Assembly: GCA_963766075.1 (NCBI GenBank)
Contig: CAVYAN010000048.1
Coordinates: 32,001-96,000, forward strand
Reading direction: 5' to 3'
Source: an uncultured cyanobacterium
Lineage (GTDB): Bacteria > Cyanobacteriota > Cyanobacteriia > Leptolyngbyales > Leptolyngbyaceae
DNA: 64,000 nucleotides
Below are positions 1 to 10,158 of this stretch, piece by piece. The notes under the pieces are model-generated. The model was not told the origin of the DNA. It was given only the letters and a program-made list of their open reading frames with translations, and did no database searches. Numbering within the stretch: the stretch's first letter is position 1; each line of letters opens with the position of its first letter. Made by a program: the position numbers and the translations under genes.

Positions 1-521
1 TCCTTTAGGACGGCCTGAACGGTATCGTCGCTGTCCTGAGGGGTGTTCTCCGGGAAGTCAAGCAGACTGGAACTGCCTGACGCAATGATCCGAGACACCA
101 GCTCCAGCAAGGCAACTTCACGAACACCAGGGCGCTCAGCAATCATCAGCAGCAAAATCCCCTGGAGATGCTGATGACCCTCTTCCGTGAGCGCTAAGAG
201 AACTTGATCCTCAAGGTGAAGAAACTGCCTGCCTTCTCGGTCAATCTCGGCAACACCAATCTCAGTCAGGTTAAATGTCTCTCGGTTGAATGCCCGACCT
301 TCCGCGATGACAATTTCACTGTCCTTTCGGATCAGCCTTCTACTGGTAAGTTGTTCAACCAGATACCTGATTTTTTCGTAATAGTCTTCACAACAAAATC
401 CGCCTCTCTGAATCATGATTTCAATACGCTCCAGGATCTCCTCAAGTGTAATATTAGAGCGGTTTTTGAGTATCAAGAGAATGGCGTATGACAGCGTGCT
501 TTCATTAAGTTCGGTGTTCAT
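1..521 (-). CDS. Hypothetical protein, partial (runs off the left edge)
   Basis: Manual translation from ATG at 521 (MNTELNESTLSYAILLILKNR...) stays open to position 1. It lies just downstream of the head morphogenesis gene. Confidence 0.6.
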   Translation of the reverse strand, partial: MNTELNESTLSYAILLILKNRSNITLEEILERIEIMIQRGGFCCEDYYEKIRYLVEQLTSRRLIRKDSEIVIAEGRAFNRETFNLTEIGVAEIDREGRQFLHLEDQVLLALTEEGHQHLQGILLLMIAERPGVREVALLELVSRIIASGSSSLLDFPENTPQDSDDTVQAVLK

Positions 522-541
522 TGTTTGTTCTATGATTCCTA

Positions 542-1255
542 TTAGTTTTCCCTATTCTTGCGGTCGTTTTCTTCAATGATTTGTTGAAGCTTTTTGTCAA
601 GGGCTTGCATCTTTTTCTGATAAAAGTACTGCCGTTGCCCTGGAATATTAGGCTGATAGTCCCAGCCTGGATCGGCAATCGTTGCCGGATCCGGAGGAAC
701 GCCCACCGACAACCCCAGCCGCCGCAAGTCGCGATCGCTCACGGCGTAGGCGGCACACCGGCAGCCAAACCCGCAGCTCGGGAAAGCCTTTAACCAGAAT
801 GGGTCATCAGCCCTGAACACCTGGCGGTGCAAGGCCAAGTGCAGTGGGCGAGGCACGCGGGAATCGCGGTGCTTCCACATCAGGTAAGGGCGAGCTGTGG
901 CCACATCCGGATCCCGTACCTGCTCGTAGCGGCCCTGACGCTGCACGCTACGGATGTTGTTCTCCAAGATGAACTTTCCGCGATCGCGCCCCTCAGTCCA
1001 CCCGCGATCGCTGACAAGCTGCTCAAACTCCTCAACAAAATTCTCAGTGGACTTGCCTTGGGCAAACGCCTGGTCAATCAGGGTCAAAATGTCCTGCAAC
1101 AAATCCCCTTGGGTCAGCCCAGCCACCGTAAATGCCCAGTTCTGGGACTCTCCCGAAAACTCCCGCCAGTCTTTGGCAGGCATAGGAACCTTTTTCCGCA
1201 GAGCTTTCAACGCCTCGGAAAATACAAGCTGCAAATAATCCGGAATTTCGGCCAT
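542..1255 (-). CDS. Phage head morphogenesis protein (Mu gpF/gp30, SPP1 gp7-like)
   Basis: AFTVAG motif, RPYLMW, DSRVPRPLHLAL, DDPFW and the P-x-C-GFGCRC motif typical of this family; same operon as the portal gene. Confidence 0.85.
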   Translation of the reverse strand: MAEIPDYLQLVFSEALKALRKKVPMPAKDWREFSGESQNWAFTVAGLTQGDLLQDILTLIDQAFAQGKSTENFVEEFEQLVSDRGWTEGRDRGKFILENNIRSVQRQGRYEQVRDPDVATARPYLMWKHRDSRVPRPLHLALHRQVFRADDPFWLKAFPSCGFGCRCAAYAVSDRDLRRLGLSVGVPPDPATIADPGWDYQPNIPGQRQYFYQKKMQALDKKLQQIIEENDRKNREN

Positions 1256-1259
1256 GGTT

Positions 1260-4200
1260 TTACCTGCGATCGCCCGCGATCGCTTTACGTTTGGGATTTA
1301 ATCTGTAAGAATCAAAAGAAGCACATTTGTGATCACCACGCTTTGTAGAAGGAAACTTGTTTGTGATAAGGGCGTCTAAATCCTTCTGCAAAGCGGCCTT
1401 TTCTGCCTCCAGTCGATCTGTTGAGACACCTTTTTTCTGCCCCCGTGCCGCCGCTTCCTGCCGCTTCAGGATTTGTTGAGTTAGCGCTCCGATGCGGGAT
1501 TGCAGATTACTAATCTGAGCTTTTGCCACACTGGTCTGCGCTGCCGTCGCCGCCCGTCGCTTCAACCGTTCCTCCGTTTCTGGGGCGGCTGTGGCTGAGA
1601 TGTCGTACTCCTGCAAGGTTCGCAATTGGCGAGCTTTTGCCCGCGCTGCTGCAACTTCTTCGCCAAGCATCTCCACCGTCAAAGCCTTCCCGTTCACATC
1701 AAAAACAGGCGGGGTTTGGGCGTCTTTGGCAAGGCGATCGCGCACTGCATCTAAATCCACCAAAAGCTCACCCGCAGCTCGGGCAGTTTGGGCATGAGCC
1801 GACTGAATGTCGTCAATCATGGCCTGATTGGCGATGCGATAGGGCTGCAACAGACTATTCCCCTCCAGGGGGACCGCCATTTCCTGTGCTGTCTTCCGGA
1901 GGTCAGCCACCAGCTTCTGGGATTGCTCGCGGCCCTGGATTACGGCAGTCTTTTGGAGTTCGCTAACTTCGGCGTGCTTGACGCTGGCCAACCCCTGCCA
2001 CTTTCGAGAAATCTCTAGAGGGTACTGGGCTCGCTTTTCAATCTCGGCGGCATCCCCTTCAATGCGGGCATGGAGCCGCGCCAAAACGTAGGAACGGAAC
2101 TTGGCCGCTTCCTCCACCGATTGAATGCTGGCCGTCCCCGACTCCTTCTTGTATTGGTTGAGCGTCAGCTCCAGACCGCTGGGCATCTCCTGTGACTTGC
2201 CCGTCACCCACTTAATCCCGTCACGCCCGCCCATGGCTTCCATGTAGGCCAAGCTCTGCTGCATACGAATCTGCTGCCGTTCTAGCCACGATTCCGTACT
2301 GCGGATCGAGAATTGGCGCTCGCTATCGTGCTGTTCGGCCATTGCCGATATTTCGACTTGGTTCGCTTCAATCGCTTTCACGTTGGCATTGTGACGCTCG
2401 GCTTGCTTGGCAATCCGGCTCGGCAGCTCTCCCTGCAAGGCTCTGATTTTCTCCACAGCGGCATACTGGGCCTTCTGCTCTGGGCTGAGCTGGCTTAGGC
2501 GAGTGGGCAGCTCAGCCACCCGCGTTTTCATATCGGCAATGGTTCCCTTGGCCGCTTCCAGCCTTTGAGGCGCATCCCGCAGGGTGGCCGCTTCGTCGCG
2601 CAAGCCTGTGAGCTGCAACCGCTGCTCCTGCAATGCCTTCAACTCATTCCGATCCGATGGCTTGGACTGCCCGAGCAAGCGAGCTTGCACGCTGGCTTCT
2701 GCTTCCTGGATGCGTTTTAGTTGAGCATCGATGCTGGCGATCGCTCCCTCAACCCGCTCGGCATGGCGTTCCGGGGACTTGCCCGCCGCCAGCACCTTGG
2801 ATTGCAGCCCTGGTAGGAAGCGATCGGCCTTGGCGATCGCTCGGTTCAGTTCGGGAACCTCCTTCGCCGCCGTTTTGAAGTAGTCCGTCGCCAAGGGATT
2901 CATCATCTGCCGTTTCAGTAGCTCGGCGCGGGACAGCTTTGCCTGAAGCTCATCGACAACCTTGGGATTGGCCGGGGATTCTGCCAACGCCCTGGCCCGC
3001 CCGCCGAGAACGGAGTGCTTCCGGAATAGCTGATCGCTTGCCCGCTCAATCTCTGTCCTGAGCGGCAGGAACGTCTTTGGCGGCTTAGCCGGTGCCGGTG
3101 CGGGTTCCGGTTTTGCCGCTTTTAAAGACGGCGGAGTTACAGGGGGGGTGGGAGCGGGAGGCGGCTCTGGCGGGCGAACGCGGGAAAGCAATTCCTCCAT
3201 CTGCGATCGCCCGCGCTTAGGCAGTTTCACCCCTACCCCCGGCGCTGGCGGCGTGATTAATGTGGGATTTTCCGTGGCGATCGCAGGGTTACGGGGCGAT
3301 CGCTTAGGGGCTGGAGCACCCCCTGGCGGTAACAAGAGAGGATCACCCGTGGGGGTGGGCGGCGCGGGCGGGCGAACACGAGCCAGCAACTCAGTCATGG
3401 GCGATCGCCCTTTCTTGGGCAGCTCCACCCCCGCCCCCGGCGCTGGCGGCGTGATTAGTGTGGGGTTTTCTCCGGCGATCGCGGGCTTGCGGGGCGATCG
3501 CCGGGACTTGGACGTTGGTGCACTCCCTGGTGGCAGCAGCCGAGGCCCACCCCCACGGGTAGGGGGTGCCTCTGGGGTTGGATCAGACTGGCGAAGCATT
3601 TCACGCACGCGCTCTAGTGGCCCCGCCTTCTTCTGTTTAGGAGCAGGCTCAGGAAGGCTGCTCATGAAGGGTTCTGAGGTTTCTCTAGAGGGTGGTTCTT
3701 GGGGTGTGGTGGTACCCTCTAGAGAAACTCCCAATTGCTGGGCTAGACTGCGATGGCGCGTCATCTCACTAGGCTCTGGCGATCCTGGTAACGGTGGCAC
3801 CACCGGCGTGGGAGTAGCGGGCTGTCTTGCCGCCTCCACAAGGCTGCGAAGGCGCTCCGTGATGTCTGCGCCGGGGAGCTTCCTTTGGGCGGGTAGCGAG
3901 GGTTCTGGACTGCTGGGCTTTGGCGGGGGTGGCGGGGGTTCTGGGGATGATGCCTGCGGGGGTGGATCGGGGGGTTGAGTTGGTGGGGGTGGCGGGGCTT
4001 CTGGGGATTTGAAGGTGCTGGAACCGCCGCCGCTGGATGCCGCGATCGCCAGTCCTACCCCCGTTGCCACCGCTGCCACGCCCAGTGCTGCCGCGACACT
4101 GCCAACGGCGATCGCCCCACGCTGGGGCTTTTCTCCGCTCAGTAGCCGCTTGGCCACTTGCTGCTGTTGGGGGGAGAACGCCTTGGTGCATTTGAACCCT

Positions 4201-4469
4201 TTGGCAATGCAGCCCTCACCACAGGGATTGCTGTTCTCGCAGTCTGGCTTGCGATCGCCCCGAACCTGACTGAGGCCCGCCAAATACTTGGCTTGGCTAT
4301 CCGTTTGCTCAATGGCGATGCCGTCTTGAGTGAGCCGAAACTGACAGACTTCGCCGCCTTGGTCAAAATAGCCCGTCAGCGCATCCGACTGGCTGTCGAG
4401 TCGAAAAAAGTATTCAGGGGTCAATCCTGATGCATCTGTGACCAGGCTCATTAGTTCGGTGACGATCAT
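1260..4469 (-). CDS. Large Pro-rich/coiled-coil phage protein with N-terminal Cys cluster and a hydrophobic segment
   Basis: 1069-aa ORF overlapping the portal stop. Contains C-x4-PCG-x2-CI-x4-KC, a hydrophobic helix, a duplicated Pro-rich block and a long helical C-terminus. Confidence 0.65.
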   Translation of the reverse strand: MIVTELMSLVTDASGLTPEYFFRLDSQSDALTGYFDQGGEVCQFRLTQDGIAIEQTDSQAKYLAGLSQVRGDRKPDCENSNPCGEGCIAKGFKCTKAFSPQQQQVAKRLLSGEKPQRGAIAVGSVAAALGVAAVATGVGLAIAASSGGGSSTFKSPEAPPPPPTQPPDPPPQASSPEPPPPPPKPSSPEPSLPAQRKLPGADITERLRSLVEAARQPATPTPVVPPLPGSPEPSEMTRHRSLAQQLGVSLEGTTTPQEPPSRETSEPFMSSLPEPAPKQKKAGPLERVREMLRQSDPTPEAPPTRGGGPRLLPPGSAPTSKSRRSPRKPAIAGENPTLITPPAPGAGVELPKKGRSPMTELLARVRPPAPPTPTGDPLLLPPGGAPAPKRSPRNPAIATENPTLITPPAPGVGVKLPKRGRSQMEELLSRVRPPEPPPAPTPPVTPPSLKAAKPEPAPAPAKPPKTFLPLRTEIERASDQLFRKHSVLGGRARALAESPANPKVVDELQAKLSRAELLKRQMMNPLATDYFKTAAKEVPELNRAIAKADRFLPGLQSKVLAAGKSPERHAERVEGAIASIDAQLKRIQEAEASVQARLLGQSKPSDRNELKALQEQRLQLTGLRDEAATLRDAPQRLEAAKGTIADMKTRVAELPTRLSQLSPEQKAQYAAVEKIRALQGELPSRIAKQAERHNANVKAIEANQVEISAMAEQHDSERQFSIRSTESWLERQQIRMQQSLAYMEAMGGRDGIKWVTGKSQEMPSGLELTLNQYKKESGTASIQSVEEAAKFRSYVLARLHARIEGDAAEIEKRAQYPLEISRKWQGLASVKHAEVSELQKTAVIQGREQSQKLVADLRKTAQEMAVPLEGNSLLQPYRIANQAMIDDIQSAHAQTARAAGELLVDLDAVRDRLAKDAQTPPVFDVNGKALTVEMLGEEVAAARAKARQLRTLQEYDISATAAPETEERLKRRAATAAQTSVAKAQISNLQSRIGALTQQILKRQEAAARGQKKGVSTDRLEAEKAALQKDLDALITNKFPSTKRGDHKCASFDSYRLNPKRKAIAGDRR

Positions 4470-6769
4470 TCGATTTCCTCTGCTAACTCATCTAAAATTT
4501 CGGCCCGCCCGCCGAGATACCCCAACTGCATGGACTGATTGAGCGCTTTGGCAAAGGGTTTGGCGTTGAGTTGGGTGTACAGTTCGGGCAGGCGATCGCG
4601 AATCTCAGGCAGGGTGGCCCCGGCTGCCGCTTGGGCTCTTAGCCACACTGAAATTTGTTGCCGCCATTCCCCGATCGCTTTGTTGATGTCGGCCACCGAG
4701 CGATCGGCGATCATCTCTGCCAAGTCCGGCCCATCGTTGGCATCTTCTCGGCTTGCTACAGGCTTGGTCTTTTTGGTGCGCGGCGATCGCCCCGTGGTTC
4801 GCCCCGTGGTTCGCCGCCGCCCATCGGTTCGCTCGGTGCGATATTGAGTCAACTCTTCTGCACTGGCTTCCTGAATTCCGCCAAACCGAGCGCGGCCCAT
4901 CGTTGCTAGGGTCAGCGATCGCGCCTCTTCGATGTCTTTGCAGTTGAAGATGTACTTTGTTTCATCGTGGAACAGGGTATCTGGGTCAACCTGGGCCACC
5001 TTGAAAACCTTGCTGGAATCGGGAGATGGCCCGATAAACACATCCCAGGCACGCCCATCTTCGGCGTGCCCATAGCTGCCCCTGATGCGGCCATAGGCCA
5101 TCGGCATGGAGCGGTTATGCCGCAAATCGCCCTTGTCATGGGTGATGTCCAAGGGAATCCCATTAATCATCTCAACGCGCTTGCGGGCGTCGGCGCTGTC
5201 CGTCTTTTGCGCCTGCGCATTGGGGTCAATCGGGTTCCCGTTTGCATCAACATTAGGGTCTTGCGCCTGGGCGTTGGGGTCTTGCGGTTGAGCATTTGGA
5301 TCGATGGGATTGCCATTTTCATCAGTCAGCCCGCCGAACTGAAACTCATTGGCCGCTTGAGCTTTCTGCCAAGCTTCATCGTCCAATGTTGTCTCAATTG
5401 AATAGCTGCTGCCACCAAACCGAGAGGCGCGAACTTCGTCCTTCAGCAGAACTCCCATGGCGACATAGGTGTTGTCTACGGCGGATTGAGACGATCGCGT
5501 GGCTAGCTTTTCCTCTTCGGTCTGCTCCATCAGAGGATTGAATTCAAAGTCTGCATCCTCGGGCATTTTGCCCTTGGTGGGGCCATCTTTGGCGAGCCAA
5601 ATTAGTTCGGCAATCTGTTCAACTTTGGAACGAAAGACAGATTCTTGAAACTGATTGACCATTTTTGCCCACGTCTTTTCCTCACTCTCTCCGGTTCCAC
5701 CCATGCCGCTCGGGCTTTCTCCAAACACGGTGGTGTGAGGCAATCCGCTGGCACCAACAATGTCGTCGCGCAGGCGATCGAGGATGTCGGCCAATCCTCC
5801 AAAGTTTCGGGAAACAAAGCTGGCACTTTCCCCATCTTTGTCCAGCACCAACCCCTTGAGATTTGACAGGGTTAATCGCAGGGATTTCAGGCGGTTTTTC
5901 AGCTTAAGAATGTCGGATTCCTTTTCCGACCCCAGCAGCTTCCCTAAGCCCTGCAAGGCGTAGATGAATACGTTGAAGTCCTGCATCATGCTGGACACGG
6001 ACTGAATGCCTACGTCATACCGACTAAACGAGTCCCAGATATTGTCGATGAGCGAGCCGCCCCAGTTCTCATTTACTTCCATCACTCGCGGCGGCAGTTC
6101 AAATCCGTCGAACCGAATCACGCGATCGGGGTGGAATTTAAGATCGGGTAGTGACAGCTCTCCGGAGCCCAGCAGAGTGCGTTTTTGGCGGGCGGTTAGG
6201 CGAGTAATGCTGACCAGCTCATAGAAATCAGGTTCTAGGGGATTGAAGGTGACCGTGGTGTTAGGCCGAATGTAGGTGCAATCGAGGGCTTCAATTGACA
6301 AAATAGAGCGGATCCCATCCCTGTTGATCGGCTCTGACGAAGGGCGGCCATCATCAACGTGCAAGATGATCGCCGCTCCTTTGTAAATGTTGGCCCACGT
6401 TTGGGCGCGTTTGAAATTTGCGGCAACTTTCAAACGTCGCTGGTATTTCTGGAATTTAGCGATCGCGTCGGGATCTGGAGAGTCGCCCAATGTTGGTTTT
6501 AGCCATTTCCGCGTAGCTTCAGACGGATAGGCATCGCAAATCCGTCTACAAATCCATGACGTTTCGTAAACCCGTTCCTTTGCCCGCTCAGTCAGTCGCT
6601 TGGTGGTACTGGAGGGCGCGTTGTGGACAGAAACATCATGGTCGGGATTGCCTATCCCACTCATGGCGTTCTCAACAGCCCCGTCTAGGCGAACCAGAGA
6701 TTCAACTGGGGAGACAAGTTCGCCGTCAATGGGCGGATCAAAGGGGGAAACTTCAGGCTGGTATGGCAT
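4466..6769 (-). CDS. Phage portal protein (DUF1073-like) with C-terminal pyrophosphatase-like domain
   Basis: Y-x2-SWICRRICD, FHPDRVIRFDG, WGGS and GLPHTTVFGESPSG motifs of DUF1073 portals. Extra domain with YGRIRGS-x4-EDG-x3-DVFIG and DETK. Confidence 0.8.
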   Translation of the reverse strand: MPYQPEVSPFDPPIDGELVSPVESLVRLDGAVENAMSGIGNPDHDVSVHNAPSSTTKRLTERAKERVYETSWICRRICDAYPSEATRKWLKPTLGDSPDPDAIAKFQKYQRRLKVAANFKRAQTWANIYKGAAIILHVDDGRPSSEPINRDGIRSILSIEALDCTYIRPNTTVTFNPLEPDFYELVSITRLTARQKRTLLGSGELSLPDLKFHPDRVIRFDGFELPPRVMEVNENWGGSLIDNIWDSFSRYDVGIQSVSSMMQDFNVFIYALQGLGKLLGSEKESDILKLKNRLKSLRLTLSNLKGLVLDKDGESASFVSRNFGGLADILDRLRDDIVGASGLPHTTVFGESPSGMGGTGESEEKTWAKMVNQFQESVFRSKVEQIAELIWLAKDGPTKGKMPEDADFEFNPLMEQTEEEKLATRSSQSAVDNTYVAMGVLLKDEVRASRFGGSSYSIETTLDDEAWQKAQAANEFQFGGLTDENGNPIDPNAQPQDPNAQAQDPNVDANGNPIDPNAQAQKTDSADARKRVEMINGIPLDITHDKGDLRHNRSMPMAYGRIRGSYGHAEDGRAWDVFIGPSPDSSKVFKVAQVDPDTLFHDETKYIFNCKDIEEARSLTLATMGRARFGGIQEASAEELTQYRTERTDGRRRTTGRTTGRSPRTKKTKPVASREDANDGPDLAEMIADRSVADINKAIGEWRQQISVWLRAQAAAGATLPEIRDRLPELYTQLNAKPFAKALNQSMQLGYLGGRAEILDELAEEIE

Positions 6770-6906
6770 GGCGGCTCAGTCATAGAGACTTGCCTAGGGT
6801 TCCCGACTTTGGTGTTGAGATTGGTCCAACCAAATCGAAATTTAGATTTTGGGCACTCTGAGAGCACTCGCCTTCGCGAACACTACTCTCTCTCCCTCTC
6901 AAAATA

Positions 6907-7707
6907 ATGACCAAGCAACTCTATACAACGATTTCAGGCTTAACTGATTCTTCGATCCGCAACGAAGATGGAACCTTGTTGGTACTGCCTACGGCTAGCG
7001 GCGCGGTGCTAAACCTGGGGACAAAGATTCAGGAAATCACTTCAATGTCTCGCCTGGGGCAAATCGTGGTGGTGGACACTTACCCCATGGAAAGCCGTCC
7101 AGAAATCAAGATGGACTGGACGCAGAAGAACCTCACCCTCTTGCAAATGCGCTTGGGCTTAGAATTCACCACCGGTTCGGCTACGGGCAAGCTGGTGAAC
7201 AACGGGTTTAAGGTGCTGAAGACCTCTTACCCTGCCGTGAGTTCTGGACAAGAAGGCTTCGGCGTTGACGCTGACTCCCCCACCGCGATCGCCTCCTACC
7301 TCAGCCCTGCTGATGTCTCCGTACCCTTGGACCGCGTGGCCTTCTCAAGCTTTGACGAAGAAAACACCCTGACCTTTGCCGTGGGCGATGATGCCGCCTT
7401 TAAGTGGTCTGGCGACTTGATTGGCAAGTATGTGGCCTATGAGCTGGATTACCCGCTGTCTAGCGTTATGCGCCTCTCGGATAATCCGATCAACAACTAC
7501 GCTCTGACCATGATGACGATCCTCACCGATCGCACCCTCCTGCAATGGGAATTCCCCAGCGTGTCTATCAAGCTGGACCAAGGGGACATCAACATGGGTG
7601 AGCCCAAGATGGAGCTGACCTTCCAAATCCAAGACGATGGCTCCTCCTGCATCCCCTTCAAAATCACCCACAAGGGCACCGCGCAGAAACGTCGGTGCAT
7701 CGTGTAG
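6907..7707 (+). CDS. Probable tail tube / major tail protein
   Basis: 266 aa, acidic, beta-rich, Thr/Ser-rich; resembles tail tube proteins in size and pattern; near structural genes. No diagnostic motif. Confidence 0.45.
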   Translation: MTKQLYTTISGLTDSSIRNEDGTLLVLPTASGAVLNLGTKIQEITSMSRLGQIVVVDTYPMESRPEIKMDWTQKNLTLLQMRLGLEFTTGSATGKLVNNGFKVLKTSYPAVSSGQEGFGVDADSPTAIASYLSPADVSVPLDRVAFSSFDEENTLTFAVGDDAAFKWSGDLIGKYVAYELDYPLSSVMRLSDNPINNYALTMMTILTDRTLLQWEFPSVSIKLDQGDINMGEPKMELTFQIQDDGSSCIPFKITHKGTAQKRRCIV

Positions 7708-7724
7708 TGAGCTAGAAGGTCGCT

Positions 7725-8435
7725 ATGCGCTACGAGGAAATTTGCTATCCAGATGGGTCTTTTGCTTGGGTCAGTGCTGTGCCGCGCTGGCATCTAGCCT
7801 TAATGGATGCCCTTTTCCAGCAGCTCTACATGCTCTGGGGCGAGTGGGAGATGGAAACCCAGCAGCTCCTGCAAGTTGTTAATCCAGCAGACGCCTCTGA
7901 ATTGAATCGGGCGCGTGTCCGTTGCTGGCAACTCATGGAGATGCTGGTCAAAAATTTCCCTAGGATTGATGGGAGTTCTTCAGGTTTAGGCTTCGATTTA
8001 GAGCCATTGCGATGCGATGTGCTCCAGATCGAAGCTTTATTTTTTGGGCAGATCGAGGGCGATACGGTCAAGCCGCCCAAGCTGGCCGCCCTAAATCAAT
8101 ACGAGCCAGTCCCTATCCCTGATTGGCAAATTGATGAGGATGCCACTCCCATTCCTTCCACCGACGATCCAGCCATGGACCTTTTGGCAATGCTGACCCT
8201 GGCCACCAGCAGCCAAGAAGCGATCTCACTCATGCAGACGCTTTCGGCCCAGCAAATCGATCGCTTCATCTCAGCCTTGAAAGAACTGAAGCGTGACCCA
8301 GCCGAGCGCGAGCAAGAAGCTTTGGATAATGACTACATCGCTTGGAAGGAAGAAAATCCGGAGATTTTCAGAGAGGCGATGGGAATCAAGTATCTTACGG
8401 CTAGTGAGATTGATGCTCTTGAGAGACGTGCGTAA
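7725..8435 (+). CDS. Hypothetical protein (possible tail assembly chaperone)
   Basis: Acidic helical ORF directly after the putative tube gene. Confidence 0.35.
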   Translation: MRYEEICYPDGSFAWVSAVPRWHLALMDALFQQLYMLWGEWEMETQQLLQVVNPADASELNRARVRCWQLMEMLVKNFPRIDGSSSGLGFDLEPLRCDVLQIEALFFGQIEGDTVKPPKLAALNQYEPVPIPDWQIDEDATPIPSTDDPAMDLLAMLTLATSSQEAISLMQTLSAQQIDRFISALKELKRDPAEREQEALDNDYIAWKEENPEIFREAMGIKYLTASEIDALERRA

Positions 8436-8472
8436 GGGAATTATTACAGGTGTAGATAGAGGTTTTCACCCC

Positions 8473-9039
8473 ATGATTGTTATTCAAGGTCAAAGCTACA
8501 CGGTCAACAGTGCCGCCATAACCATTTCTCGGACTGCCGTGTTAGGGCGCGTCTGTTCACAAGCTACGCCGACGCCTGATGACGAAGCAATGGCCGCCCG
8601 CAGCTTAAGCCAAATGATTCCAGGACTGCCCGCCTCCGTCTGCTCTTATCAGCAGGTACAGCTTAATGGCGCATGGCAAATCCTCGTCACGTTCAACCTC
8701 GATCTGGATGAACTGTTGTCCATCGCAGAGGAAATTTCAATCCTTTGGCTTGAGAAAAAGTTGTCCGACCTAACCGCAAGTACACCCGAAGAACAGCCAC
8801 GGGTAGACGCCCTGCGAGCTTCGCTGCAAGAGCAGCTAGACAAAGCTAGAGGCTCCGTAACCGCAAACCCCTTACTTGCGATACTGGAAGGCGGCGCACA
8901 ATCTACCGCTCAAAAAATCAGCACCATTCTGGAGTTGCAGCCAGACGGCCAAGCGATCGAGGTTGAAGCCGCCCCAGTCGGGTTTAAGCCAACTGAAAAA
9001 AAGGCTAGAACAAAAAAGGTGGAAGCGATCGCTAATTAA
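8473..9039 (+). CDS. Hypothetical protein
   Basis: ORF in the track (8293..9039); likely start at ATG 8473, after the upstream stop. Confidence 0.5.
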   Translation: MIVIQGQSYTVNSAAITISRTAVLGRVCSQATPTPDDEAMAARSLSQMIPGLPASVCSYQQVQLNGAWQILVTFNLDLDELLSIAEEISILWLEKKLSDLTASTPEEQPRVDALRASLQEQLDKARGSVTANPLLAILEGGAQSTAQKISTILELQPDGQAIEVEAAPVGFKPTEKKARTKKVEAIAN

Positions 9040-9251
9040 GCCGTTGCTTTTGTAGCTCTAGCACCCCTGGATGCCTTTGTTTTTTTCAATTCCTGAATTT
9101 CAATCGATTGACTATTTAGCAAGGCTTGCAACTCCTCCATTTTTTGTTGCAAGCCTTCGACTGAACTGGTTGCCTGCCTGACATGATCTGTCAGTACAGC
9201 CAACTGGCGATTAAGATCGTCGATCCGAGCCTTTAGCGCTACGTCACTCAT
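9036..9251 (-). CDS. Small coiled-coil protein
   Basis: 71 aa with a heptad pattern. Confidence 0.5.
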   Translation of the reverse strand: MSDVALKARIDDLNRQLAVLTDHVRQATSSVEGLQQKMEELQALLNSQSIEIQELKKTKASRGARATKATA

Positions 9252-9336
9252 ATTTTTTTTCTACTAAATCCCCCATCATCATACGTGAACTACAACCGAT
9301 CCAACCCATACCCCAGACGCTCTGGATCAAACCACC

Positions 9337-10158
9337 GTGAATCACCGAATGTCTTTCCAGGAAGCCGTAGAAAGAGGTTTTTTGTCTATCTATGCACAAC
9401 CAATTAAGCCGCTCCATTCAGTCGGGGGCTATAAAACTAATTACTTTGAGATTTTGACCCGCGTTCAACGGCAATCCCCTCAGACCTTTTTCCACGATCT
9501 GACGCTTGACGAAAAACTGAGCTTTACACAGTGGTTGGTTGAGCAGGTTCGTAATCTGCCAATTCAATCTGAAAGACCGTTTTTAAGAAACTTCTTCGCG
9601 CTCAACATTCCTGTTGAAGCGTTTTTTTATAAGAACGCTTTGGATTGTGCCAGTGGAGCGGAAAACCTTTTCCTGGAAGTTACGGAAACGGTCGATTACT
9701 CCACAAACTTCAAAAAAATCATGGCCGACTTAGAGCAACCCGTCATCCTGGATGACCTTGGCGACGGCTACGCCTCTCTCCAAAAGCTCCACGAAATCCC
9801 CTTCCATGGATTCAAAATCGGAGGCAACTTGGTTCGCTCCATTTGTGAAAATCCAGATGCAGCGGCGATCGTTGGCTCACTCATGCGGATTGCTCAAGAC
9901 ATCAGCATGAGCTGCACGATGGAATGGGTGGAAAACCAGCAGGTTTGGGATAAACTCAAACTCCTACAAAGCGTCTTTGCACCAAATGCAGAGATTTTGG
10001 TGCAAGGCTATGCCGTGGGTGTCCCCCTGCCAGCGCTGGCCGCGATCGCTATTCAGCTAGGATCTGCTCCAACTGCCTTAGCAACTTCTCGGCCTTCTTC
10101 TGAGACTCCTCACTCAAGTCACCCCAGCGTTTTGACAGATCAGCAAGGCGCTGCTTAG
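9337..10158 (+). CDS. Stand-alone EAL-domain protein (c-di-GMP phosphodiesterase family)
   Basis: YAQPI, FEILTR (EAL position), ALNI, LEVTE, LDDLGDGYASL, FKI, EWVEN and VQGY motifs in canonical order. Confidence 0.85.
   Translation: MNHRMSFQEAVERGFLSIYAQPIKPLHSVGGYKTNYFEILTRVQRQSPQTFFHDLTLDEKLSFTQWLVEQVRNLPIQSERPFLRNFFALNIPVEAFFYKNALDCASGAENLFLEVTETVDYSTNFKKIMADLEQPVILDDLGDGYASLQKLHEIPFHGFKIGGNLVRSICENPDAAAIVGSLMRIAQDISMSCTMEWVENQQVWDKLKLLQSVFAPNAEILVQGYAVGVPLPALAAIAIQLGSAPTALATSRPSSETPHSSHPSVLTDQQGAA

Noticed and set aside
3148..3978. 276-aa Gly-rich + strand ORF (and similar long antisense ORFs, such as 35989-36885)
   Set aside because: These are shadows of the coding strand of better-supported genes.
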